From assembly GCA_040877595.1 (NCBI GenBank), contig JBBDNM010000037.1:59277-123276 (forward strand): DNA of 64,000 bases, read 5' to 3'. The position numbers were made by a program, and so were the translations under genes. The stretch's first letter is position 1. Each line of letters starts with the position of its first letter. The notes beneath the pieces were generated by a model, which was not told the origin of the DNA, searched no databases, and saw nothing but the letters and a program-made list of their open reading frames with translations. Below are positions 17,831 through 25,786 of this stretch, in pieces. The stretch comes from Gemmatimonadales bacterium. Its GTDB lineage: Bacteria > Gemmatimonadota > Gemmatimonadetes > Gemmatimonadales > GWC2-71-9.

Positions 17831-18838
17831 TCAGTCGAGCCGGGTGGCCGGGCCACCGGGTCGGGTGATAAGGGTTCGGTCATGCCACTCGGCCGCAAAC
17901 TGCTCGACTTCCTCCAAGGGCACCACCGCATAGACACTGCCACCAAACCCCGCACCAAACGGAGAAGCCACCTCAGCACCCAGGGAATGCGCCCGCGCGA
18001 CCAAGTCCTCCGTCTCGGGCACCGCATTCTCCAGTGCCGCCACTCCCAGACGATGCGAGATCTGGACGGCGTCCGCAAATCCCTCCCAATCATCACGCTG
18101 CAACGACGCGACCGCGTGGGGAATCAACTGCCCCGACTCCACCACGAACTGTTCAAGCCGCCGCGCCTCGCGCATGTCCAGTCCCTGGCGCCACGCCTGC
18201 CACTCGCTCGGGTCATCCACCAGACGGTCGAGCGGCACGCCCGCCGCCTCAATGCGTTCCAGCACCCGAGCGGTGCGATGGTAGCGTTCTCGGGTTCCCA
18301 GCGCCTTTTCTGCCACCACACCACTCACCGCCACCACAAAACTCAGATCCTCGCGCCATGGGACATGCGGTTCCGGTCGCACGGGTCGGAACCGGCATGG
18401 CAGCAGGTGCCCAGCACGTGTCAACAACATGGCCGCATGGTCCTCCGCACCACCCCGTACGCCAACGCCGCGTTCGACCGATGCCACGTACTCCACCAGC
18501 TCGGATCCACTGGGCAGGTCAATGGACCATAGATCGGCAAGCGTGAGGACGAGACCGGTCACGAGCGCGCTGGACGAGCTTAGCCCCGCTGCGGCGGGCA
18601 ACGTGGACGTCACCGTCACCTGGGCGCCACTCGATACCTGATAGTCGGCCCGCAGGCGGGTGACCACCGACTCGACATAGTGATGGCCTTGCACGTCGGA
18701 CTTGAGGGACACGTCGCGCGCCGGCGTTGCCGAGAGGGTAAGCCCTTGCTCGGTCGCGGCCAACAGGCTGCGCCCGCCACCGTAGTCCGTGTGCTTCCCG
18801 AGGACCTCGATGCGGCCTGGCACAAACCAGCGGGTCAT
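17831..18838 (-). CDS. GHMP-family sugar kinase (galactokinase-like, anomeric sugar-1-kinase candidate)
   Basis: 'PGRIEVLGKHTDYGGG' matches the galactokinase signature pattern. GHMP motif 'LPAAAGLSSSSAL'. C-terminal 'SPFGAGFGGSVYAVV'. ATGA overlap with the upstream nucleotidyltransferase (18835-18838). Confidence 0.7.
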   Translation of the reverse strand: MTRWFVPGRIEVLGKHTDYGGGRSLLAATEQGLTLSATPARDVSLKSDVQGHHYVESVVTRLRADYQVSSGAQVTVTSTLPAAAGLSSSSALVTGLVLTLADLWSIDLPSGSELVEYVASVERGVGVRGGAEDHAAMLLTRAGHLLPCRFRPVRPEPHVPWREDLSFVVAVSGVVAEKALGTRERYHRTARVLERIEAAGVPLDRLVDDPSEWQAWRQGLDMREARRLEQFVVESGQLIPHAVASLQRDDWEGFADAVQISHRLGVAALENAVPETEDLVARAHSLGAEVASPFGAGFGGSVYAVVPLEEVEQFAAEWHDRTLITRPGGPATRLD

Positions 18839-19590
18839 GCGCCCAGCTGGGTGGCGACCACCGTCACATCGTCCGCGCGACTCAGGTCAAGCACCATCCC
18901 ATCATGCGCCAACACGCGGACGCAGGTGCCTTCACGCACCAGCAAGCGGACGGCATCGGGCAACTCGAGTTCGCCGCGCGTCGAAGGCGCGATCGCACGA
19001 CACGCATCGAAGATGGCCGACGTGAACGACCAACACGTCATGCTGACGCGCGCGGTGGGACCCAGGCGTCGACGGGTCGTGGCCTCGGGTTTTTCGATGA
19101 TCTCCGCAAGGCAGCCGGCCTCGTCCGTGGTCATCAGCGCAAAGGCCTCAACCCGCTCGGCCTGACGAAATCCGATGGTCGCTGGGGCTGGCACTTCCCT
19201 GAGGGCGCGCAACGCGTCTGGCGGATACCAGTTGTCACCATTGATCACTGTGAACGGTCGGCTCCCGACCACCGACTCGGCAGCGAGCACCGCATCGGCG
19301 GTGCCGCGGGGCGTGGATTGCACGGCGATCCGTGCCGGCAGGGAAAGCGCCCGGGGGATTGCAGCTTCGGGCGCCATGACCAAGCAGACCTCATGAAACC
19401 CCGCACGCGCCACGGCGTCCACCACCCACGCGAGAAACGGCCGCCCGCCAATCGGCATCAACGCCTTGTGCCCCTGGGCGGCCGCGTCACGCTGCGCGGC
19501 AATGAGGCCCTGCGCCGCAGCCGCCTCGGTCATCATGCGGGTGCCGCGACCGGCCGCGAGAATGACGGCCAGTTCCGGCCGCCCGCTCAC
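18835..19590 (-). CDS. Sugar-1-phosphate nucleotidyltransferase (NDP-sugar pyrophosphorylase)
   Basis: The ORF track entry is over-extended to 19968. The GTG at 19588-19590 forms a GTGA overlap with the symporter stop and gives VSGRPELAVILAAGRGTRM..., the G-x-G-T-R nucleotide-binding motif. 'PRGTADAV', 'NGDNWY'. 251 aa. Confidence 0.7.
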   Translation of the reverse strand: MSGRPELAVILAAGRGTRMMTEAAAAQGLIAAQRDAAAQGHKALMPIGGRPFLAWVVDAVARAGFHEVCLVMAPEAAIPRALSLPARIAVQSTPRGTADAVLAAESVVGSRPFTVINGDNWYPPDALRALREVPAPATIGFRQAERVEAFALMTTDEAGCLAEIIEKPEATTRRRLGPTARVSMTCWSFTSAIFDACRAIAPSTRGELELPDAVRLLVREGTCVRVLAHDGMVLDLSRADDVTVVATQLGA

Positions 19591-21338
19591 GGCGTTGCAG
19601 TCGTCGAGTCGCCGCGCCCCGCCACCTTGGGCCACAGCGCAATCAGCGCGAGCATCGCGAGAATCGCGACCACGCTCAGGAAGGCCGCCCGAGCGCGGAC
19701 GCCGTACAACCAGGAACCGGTGGCGAACAACAGGGAATAGACCATGGTCGTCCCGGCGAGCATCGCCAGAATGCCGTGGCGAATGGAGCGATCGGCGCGC
19801 ACGCGGGTGATGGACTCGAACCGCTCCAAGGTGGCGGCATCCGTGGGGCGCGTCAGGAATGTGACGATCACCCAGGCGACGGTCGTGATGAGCACGCCGC
19901 TCACCAACTGGACCGATGACGACATCGTCACGTCGGGCAGGAACCGCGGCTGAAGCAATTGAAACCATACCGCGATCAGGAAGGACACGGCCATGGCGGT
20001 GATCTCACTGAACGCATTGATGCGACGCCAGAACCAGCGCAGGATGAACAGCAGGCCGGTGCCCGCGCCGATTTGCAGCAGGATCTGGAACGCCTGAAGC
20101 GCTGAGCTCAGTACCAGGGCGACCATCGCCGCCAGCACCATCAGCACGACCGTCGTGACGCGCCCGACCCAGACCAGGCGTTGCTCGGACGCCTGCGGCT
20201 CCACGAACCGTTTCCAGAAGTCGTTGACGATGTACGACGAGCCCCAGTTGAGGTGCGTCGAGAGCGTGGACATGTAGGCGGCGGCCAACGAGGCGACGAC
20301 GAGTCCAAGCAACCCGGCGGGCAGCAGGGTCAGCATGGCCGGATACGCGATGTCATGCCCGATGACCGACGAGGCCACATGCGGCAGCGCCATCTCGAGG
20401 TCGGCCAGGGTCGGGAATACGACGAGGGAGGCCAGCGCCACAAGAATCCACGGCCACGGACGGATGGCATAGTGCGCAATGTTGAAGAGCAAGGTCGCGG
20501 CCGTGGCGTCCCGCTCGTGGCGGGCCGAAAGCATGCGTTGAGCGACATAGCCGCCACCACCCGGCTCGGAGCCGGGGTACCACACGCTCCACCACTGCAC
20601 GGCGAGAGGAATGATGAGCAGGGTCACGAACGTGTTGGTGTCGGCCGGATCGGGCAGCAGGCGGAGCGTCCCCTCAAGTGCCGGATTGGCGAGCAGGCCG
20701 CTCAGCCCTCCCACACCGGGTGCCTTGAGCGCCACGGCGGCGGCGGCAATCGAACCCGCCATGGCGACCGTAAACAGCAGCAGGTCGGTCACCACCACGC
20801 TGCGCAGTCCGCCCGCCACGCTGAAAACCAGGGTGACGCCGGCGCTCAGAAGAATGACCTGCACGGGCGACAGCCCCAGCAACACTGCGCCGATCTTGAT
20901 GGCCGCAAGCGTCACGGTCGCCATGATCATCACGTTGAACACGACGCCCAGGTAGATCGCGCGGAACCCGCGCAGGAAGGCTGCCGGCTTGCCGCTATAG
21001 CGGAGTTCGTAGAATTCGAGATCCGTGAGTACGCCCGCGCGGCGCCAGAGTTTGGCGTACACGAACACGGTGAGCATGCCGGTCAACAGAAAGGCCCACC
21101 ACGCCCAGTTGCCGGCGACACCGTTCTGCCGCACAATGTCGGTGACGAGGTTCGGCGTGTCAGTCGAGAAGGTGGTGGCCACCATGGATATGCCGAGCAA
21201 CCACCACGGCATGTTGCGTCCAGACAAGAAGAACGAGGTGGTATCTCGGCCGGCGCGGCGAGCCGCCCAGAGGCCGACGATCAAGGTCAGGGCGAGGTAG
21301 CCGCCAACGACGACCCCGTCCAACAGACTCAGGTGCAT
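19587..21338 (-). CDS. Sodium:solute symporter (SSS) family transporter
   Basis: Probable start is ATG at 21336-21338 (MHLSLLDGVVVGGYLALTLIVGLWAARRA...). About 13-14 TM helices. 'FFLSGRNMPWWLLGISMVATTFSTDTP' is typical of the SSS N-terminus. Confidence 0.75.
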   Translation of the reverse strand: MHLSLLDGVVVGGYLALTLIVGLWAARRAGRDTTSFFLSGRNMPWWLLGISMVATTFSTDTPNLVTDIVRQNGVAGNWAWWAFLLTGMLTVFVYAKLWRRAGVLTDLEFYELRYSGKPAAFLRGFRAIYLGVVFNVMIMATVTLAAIKIGAVLLGLSPVQVILLSAGVTLVFSVAGGLRSVVVTDLLLFTVAMAGSIAAAAVALKAPGVGGLSGLLANPALEGTLRLLPDPADTNTFVTLLIIPLAVQWWSVWYPGSEPGGGGYVAQRMLSARHERDATAATLLFNIAHYAIRPWPWILVALASLVVFPTLADLEMALPHVASSVIGHDIAYPAMLTLLPAGLLGLVVASLAAAYMSTLSTHLNWGSSYIVNDFWKRFVEPQASEQRLVWVGRVTTVVLMVLAAMVALVLSSALQAFQILLQIGAGTGLLFILRWFWRRINAFSEITAMAVSFLIAVWFQLLQPRFLPDVTMSSSVQLVSGVLITTVAWVIVTFLTRPTDAATLERFESITRVRADRSIRHGILAMLAGTTMVYSLLFATGSWLYGVRARAAFLSVVAILAMLALIALWPKVAGRGDSTTATP

Positions 21339-21353
21339 GGCGGATAACCTATA

Positions 21354-21367
21354 TGAAGGATCCTTCA
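21354..21367. promoter_or_regulatory. Perfect 14-bp palindrome TGAAGGATCCTTCA in a divergent intergenic region (candidate operator)
   Basis: Read directly from the sequence. It lies between the symporter start (21338, minus) and the radical SAM start (21413, plus). Confidence 0.35.
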
Positions 21368-21412
21368 GCCGCCCATCACACATCCCGTCGAGCGGGGCCG
21401 CTAGCCTTGCGC

Positions 21413-22498
21413 ATGCCGTTTCTCTACCCGAACGCTCCCCGCAACGTCTATTGGGAAACCACCATCGCCTGTGGTCTGGCCTGCCAGCACTGCCGGGCCG
21501 ACGCGATCGCGCATCGCGACCCGCGTGAGCTCGCCGGCGCTGACGCGGAGGCGATGCTGCGCGACATCAAGACCATGGGCAGCATGCTCATCCTGACGGG
21601 CGGCGACCCCATGCTCCGGCCCGATTTGTTCGACCTTATCCGCTACGCACGCAACCTGCACATCCCCACCTCAATTACGCCGAGTACGACACCCACGCTC
21701 ACGCGGGAGGTCGTCAAGGGATTCAAGGAGGCAGGCATCGCCGCCATGGGCTTGTCGCTCGACGGGCCGACCCCGGAGGTGCACGATGCGTTTCGCGGCG
21801 TGCCCGGAACGTTCGACGTGTCGCGACAGGCCCTGGCCTGGGCCCGGGAGGCCGGCCTTCCCGTGCAGGTCAACACATCCGTGACGCGGGAAACGCTCCC
21901 GCATTTGCCGGCGCTGTATGACCTGTTGAGGAAGTCCGCCAGCCCGCCCGTGCGCCGGTGGAGCCTGTTCCTGCTGGTGCCTGTTGGTCGCGGGGCGACA
22001 CTGGGGCTCCCTACCCTGGACGACGTGGAGCGCCTGTTCGAGTGGATTTACGAGATCGCGGAGCACGCGCCATTCCATGTGGGCACCGTCGAGGCGCCAC
22101 CCTATCGCCGGTACTGGGTGGAACGCCAGGTCCAGTCTGGACAACCCGACGCGGCCATCCGGCGCGCGGCGAACCGGATGGGCCTCGGCGTACGGGACGG
22201 CAACGGCGTGATCTTCGTCTCGCACCGCGGCGACGTGTATCCCGCGGGATTCCTGCCCTATCCAACACTCGGCAATGTCCGTGATCAACCGCTGTCCGAG
22301 ATCTATCGCACGGCCCCCGGCCTGCTGTCCCTGCGGGACATGGATCGCCTGAACGGCAAGTGCGGTGCGTGCGCACTGCGCTGGGCCTGTGGTGGGTCGC
22401 GCGCGCGGGCCTGGGCGATGACTGGTGATCCCATGGCCACCGATCCCTTGTGTCCGTACGAACCGGCAGACGAACGTCTCGCGGCCTTGTTCAACTAA
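21413..22498 (+). CDS. Radical SAM / SPASM-domain protein (NirJ/AhbD-like maturase family)
   Basis: 'YWETTIACGLACQHC' is the CX3CX2C radical SAM cluster motif. 'ILTGGDPMLRPD'. The C-terminal Cys-rich SPASM-like region is 'GKCGACALRWACGGSRARA...DPLCPY'. The ORF track start is 21353. I prefer ATG 21413 (MPFLYPNAPRNVYWE) because it leaves a 74-nt divergent promoter region. Confidence 0.75.
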   Translation: MPFLYPNAPRNVYWETTIACGLACQHCRADAIAHRDPRELAGADAEAMLRDIKTMGSMLILTGGDPMLRPDLFDLIRYARNLHIPTSITPSTTPTLTREVVKGFKEAGIAAMGLSLDGPTPEVHDAFRGVPGTFDVSRQALAWAREAGLPVQVNTSVTRETLPHLPALYDLLRKSASPPVRRWSLFLLVPVGRGATLGLPTLDDVERLFEWIYEIAEHAPFHVGTVEAPPYRRYWVERQVQSGQPDAAIRRAANRMGLGVRDGNGVIFVSHRGDVYPAGFLPYPTLGNVRDQPLSEIYRTAPGLLSLRDMDRLNGKCGACALRWACGGSRARAWAMTGDPMATDPLCPYEPADERLAALFN

Positions 22499-22501
22499 CG
22501 C

Positions 22502-22996
22502 ATGTCCTGGTACCACACCGCGGTCCTGTTCCACGTGCTGTCGGCGTTGTTCTGGCTGGGCGGCATGTTCTTCCTGGCCTTGGTGGGGGCACCGGTGCTG
22601 CGTCGGGTTGAGCCGCCGGCACTTCGCGCCACCCTGTTTCGGGACTTGGGGCGCCGCTTCCGGCGGACGGGTTGGATCGCGATCGGCTTCTTGCTGGTCA
22701 CAGGCACGTGGATCCTGCACTTGCGAGGACTTCTGCGCAGTGACGTGCTGGGCGACGGCGCGTTCTGGTCGAGTCGGTATGGCCTCAGCCTGGCCGTCAA
22801 AATGGGGGCGGTAGCGGTCATGGTCAGTTTGGCCGCCCTGCACGACTTCGTGCTGGGCCCTGCCGCCGCGCGGGAACCGCCCGGAACCTCACGCGCGCTC
22901 CAACTCCGGCGCCGGACGGTGTGGATCGCGCGCGCCAACGTGCTGGTGGGCGTGGTGCTGGTCTATGCCGCGTTGCGGCTGGCCCGAGGAGGCTAA
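22502..22996 (+). CDS. Small 4-5 TM membrane protein, CopD/HemJ-like fold candidate
   Basis: 164 aa, starting 3 nt after the radical SAM stop. TM1 'VLFHVLSALFWLGGMFFLALVG' has a conserved-looking His, reminiscent of CopD/HemJ-type proteins. The assignment is tentative. Confidence 0.4.
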   Translation: MSWYHTAVLFHVLSALFWLGGMFFLALVGAPVLRRVEPPALRATLFRDLGRRFRRTGWIAIGFLLVTGTWILHLRGLLRSDVLGDGAFWSSRYGLSLAVKMGAVAVMVSLAALHDFVLGPAAAREPPGTSRALQLRRRTVWIARANVLVGVVLVYAALRLARGG

Positions 22997-23004
22997 GATG
23001 TACC

Positions 23005-23361
23005 ATGCTCCTCCGCCTGCTCGCCGACCTCACGGTGCTCGTCCATGGCGCCTTCATCCTCTTCGTCGTGGGCGGAGGATTCTTGGCTTGGCGCTGGCGA
23101 CGGGTCGCCTGGGTGCACCTGCCCTGTGCCGCGTGGGGCGCCCTGATCGAGTTTGCCGGATGGATCTGCCCACTCACCCCGCTTGAGGTGCGGTTACGGC
23201 AGCAGGCGGGCGCGGCGGGATACGAGGGGGGGTTCATCGAGCACTATCTCATCCCGTTGATTTACCCCGGCGAGTGGACCTTGGGGCTGCGGCTGGCGCT
23301 CGGGGGTTTCGTGGTGGCCATCAACGTGGCGGCGTATGTGGTGTACGTCCGGAAACAGTGA
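23005..23361 (+). CDS. Small membrane protein (DUF2784-like)
   Basis: Start re-set to ATG 23005 (MLLRLLADLTVLVHGAFILFVVGGGF...). 3-4 TM helices. 'CAAWGALIEFAGWICPLTPLE' motif. 118 aa. Confidence 0.5.
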   Translation: MLLRLLADLTVLVHGAFILFVVGGGFLAWRWRRVAWVHLPCAAWGALIEFAGWICPLTPLEVRLRQQAGAAGYEGGFIEHYLIPLIYPGEWTLGLRLALGGFVVAINVAAYVVYVRKQ

Positions 23362-23390
23362 GGGCCCCGAAGCATCACGCCGGGGCCCTC
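23360..23390. terminator. Bidirectional stem-loop between convergent genes
   Basis: GAGGGCCCCG (23360-23369), an 11-nt loop, then CGGGGCCCTC (23381-23390): a perfect 10-bp GC-rich stem. It lies between the DUF2784-like stop and the pilC stop. No U-tract follows. Confidence 0.5.
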
Positions 23391-23419
23391 GCCATCCAGC
23401 CGCCTGGCCGTCTGGCCGC

Positions 23420-24610
23420 TTACTGCACCGAGTTGATCATCCCGAAGATCGGCAGATACATGGCCACGATCATGCCGCCCACCACAACGCCCAGCACGAC
23501 GATCATGATCGGCTCCATAAGGGAGAGCAGGGCGCCGACGGCAGCGTCCACTTCATCGTCGTAGAAGTCGGCGATCTTCGACAGCATTTCGTCCAGGCCA
23601 CCGGTGGCCTCGCCCACGGAAATCATGGACGTCACCATCGGCGGAAACACGCCCGACGCCTGGAGCGGCTTGGCGATGGTTTCACCGCCGGCGATCGAGC
23701 CGCGTGACATCATCACCGCGTCGTGAATGACGCGGTTACCGGCGGTACGCGCGGTGATCTCGAGCCCTTCAAGAATGGACACACCCGAGCTGATCAGCGT
23801 GCCGAGCGTGCGGGTGAAGCGGGACACCGCCGATTTCCGCAACAAGTCGCCGAGTACCGGCGCGTTCAGCATGATCTTGTCAATGACGAGCCTCCCGCCG
23901 TCCGTGGCATAGTAGGTCCTGATCGCCCAGACGGTGAAGACCGAGGCCGCGATGATCAGCCACCAGTAACTCTGGAGCGTATCGCTCATCAAGATCACGA
24001 TCTTGGTCGGTATCGGCAGCTCCATGTTCACGGAGGCGAACATGGCCTGGAACGTCGGGATCACGAACACGAGCAAGATGATGACCGCGCCGCCGGCAAC
24101 GGAGAAGATGACGCCGGGGTAGATCATGGCGCCCTTCACCTTCCGCACGATCGCGTCGTTCTTTTCCAGGAACGTGGCCAGACGCAGCAGAATGGTGTCG
24201 AGAATGCCGCCCGCTTCACCGGCGGCCACCATGTTGACGAACAGGTCGCTGAAGGCGCCCTTGTGCTTGCTGAGCGCGTCGGCCAGCGTGTTGCCGCTTT
24301 CGACGTCGTACACGACCTGCTTGGTGACGTCGGCCAGGTCCTTGTTGTCGGTCTGCTGCGCCAGGATGTCGAGCGCCTGCACGAGCGGCAGGCCGGAATT
24401 GATCATGGTCGCGAACTGACGCGTGAAGATCACGACGTCACGCGTCGGGACCGACTTGCCCTTCTTCTGTTTCTTGGCTTCACGGGTGCGGACGAGGATC
24501 AGCCGGTTCTTCCGCAGCTGATTGGCCACGTCTTCGCGGCTCTGCGCCTCAACGGTGCCCGTGACTTCATCACCTGATGGGCTCTTGGCGGTGTATTCAA
24601 ACGTTGCCAT
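23420..24610 (-). CDS. pilC: Type IV pilus platform protein PilC (GspF family)
   Basis: 396 aa. Duplicated GspF domains ('FTRQFATMINSGLPLVQAL', 'FTRTLGTLISSGVSILEGL'), three TM segments, C-terminal 'MIVAMYLPIFGM'. Confidence 0.9.
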   Translation of the reverse strand: MATFEYTAKSPSGDEVTGTVEAQSREDVANQLRKNRLILVRTREAKKQKKGKSVPTRDVVIFTRQFATMINSGLPLVQALDILAQQTDNKDLADVTKQVVYDVESGNTLADALSKHKGAFSDLFVNMVAAGEAGGILDTILLRLATFLEKNDAIVRKVKGAMIYPGVIFSVAGGAVIILLVFVIPTFQAMFASVNMELPIPTKIVILMSDTLQSYWWLIIAASVFTVWAIRTYYATDGGRLVIDKIMLNAPVLGDLLRKSAVSRFTRTLGTLISSGVSILEGLEITARTAGNRVIHDAVMMSRGSIAGGETIAKPLQASGVFPPMVTSMISVGEATGGLDEMLSKIADFYDDEVDAAVGALLSLMEPIMIVVLGVVVGGMIVAMYLPIFGMINSVQ

Positions 24611-24628
24611 CGCGATCCTCCGTACGGG

Positions 24629-25786
24629 CTAGCGCTTGTGGCCGGGTTTGCCGCCGGCGGGCGGATCCTCACCCGGCACCGGTTCACCCACCATGCGCAG
24701 GAACTCGTTCTGGTCAGACACCACGCGCAGGCACTCGTCCAGCGACACGTCGCGGTTCATGTAATGCAGGTACACGTTATCAGCCAACGTCTGCATGCCG
24801 TGCTTCTTGCCGGACTGCATGGACGAATAGATCTGGTGCACCTTGTCGTCACGAATGAGCGCGCGGATAGCCGGCGTACACACGAGGATCTCACAGGCCA
24901 TCACACGCCCCTTGCCCGACGCCTTGGGAAGCAGGATCTGCGTGACCACGCCCTCCAGCACGAAGGCCAACTGGGCCCGCACCTGCGACTGCTGGTGCGA
25001 TGGGAACACGTCAATCACGCGGTTGATGGTCTCAGCCGCCGAGTTGGTGTGCAGCGTGGCGAAGGCCAAGTGACCGGTTTCCGCGATGGTCAGCGCGGCC
25101 TGGATCGTCTCCAGATCCCGCATCTCGCCAATGAGCACGATGTCGGGATCCTGCCGCAACGCGTACTTGAGTGCCGAGTGGAACGACTTGGTGTCGGTCC
25201 CGACCTCCCGCTGGTTGACGATGCAACTCTGGTGCCGGTGGATGAACTCGATCGGATCTTCCACCGTGATGATGTGGCCCTTGCGCTCCTTATTGATCTT
25301 GTCAATCATCGCGGCGAGGGTGGTGGACTTCCCAGAACCGGTGGGGCCGGTGATCAGCACCAAGCCCCGCGGCTTCTCGCACAGCTTGGCCAGGATCGGC
25401 GGGAGCCCCAGGTCCTTGAACGTCTTGACCGAGAACGGGATCTGCCGGATCACCATCGTGATGCAGCCGCGCTGCTTGAACACGTTGCCGCGGAAGCGCG
25501 CCAGATTCTGGATGCCGAAGGAGAAGTCGAGCTCGTCTTCCGTCTCGAACTTCTTCTTCTGGTTTTCCGTGAGCACCGAGTACGCCAACTGGAGCGTGTC
25601 CTTGGGCGTCATCACATATTCGCTGCGCGAGTTGGTGATCTCACCGTCAATGCGGAACTTGGGTCGTTCGCCGGCGGTGATATGCAAGTCGGATGCGTCG
25701 CGCTCGATCATCTCCTCGAGCATCGCGCGCAGGTTGACGCCCTGCGGCGCCGCCTGGGCGGTCGGGACCGCGGCCGGGTTACTCAT
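24629..25786 (-). CDS. pilT: Twitching-motility retraction ATPase PilT
   Basis: Walker A 'GPTGSGKST', 'ITVEDPIEF', 'ALRQDPDIVLIGEMRD', 'TGHLAFATLHTNSA' and the PilT-type 'AIRALIRDDKVHQI'. It has a ~30-aa Pro/Gly-rich C-terminal tail. Confidence 0.9.
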   Translation of the reverse strand: MSNPAAVPTAQAAPQGVNLRAMLEEMIERDASDLHITAGERPKFRIDGEITNSRSEYVMTPKDTLQLAYSVLTENQKKKFETEDELDFSFGIQNLARFRGNVFKQRGCITMVIRQIPFSVKTFKDLGLPPILAKLCEKPRGLVLITGPTGSGKSTTLAAMIDKINKERKGHIITVEDPIEFIHRHQSCIVNQREVGTDTKSFHSALKYALRQDPDIVLIGEMRDLETIQAALTIAETGHLAFATLHTNSAAETINRVIDVFPSHQQSQVRAQLAFVLEGVVTQILLPKASGKGRVMACEILVCTPAIRALIRDDKVHQIYSSMQSGKKHGMQTLADNVYLHYMNRDVSLDECLRVVSDQNEFLRMVGEPVPGEDPPAGGKPGHKR

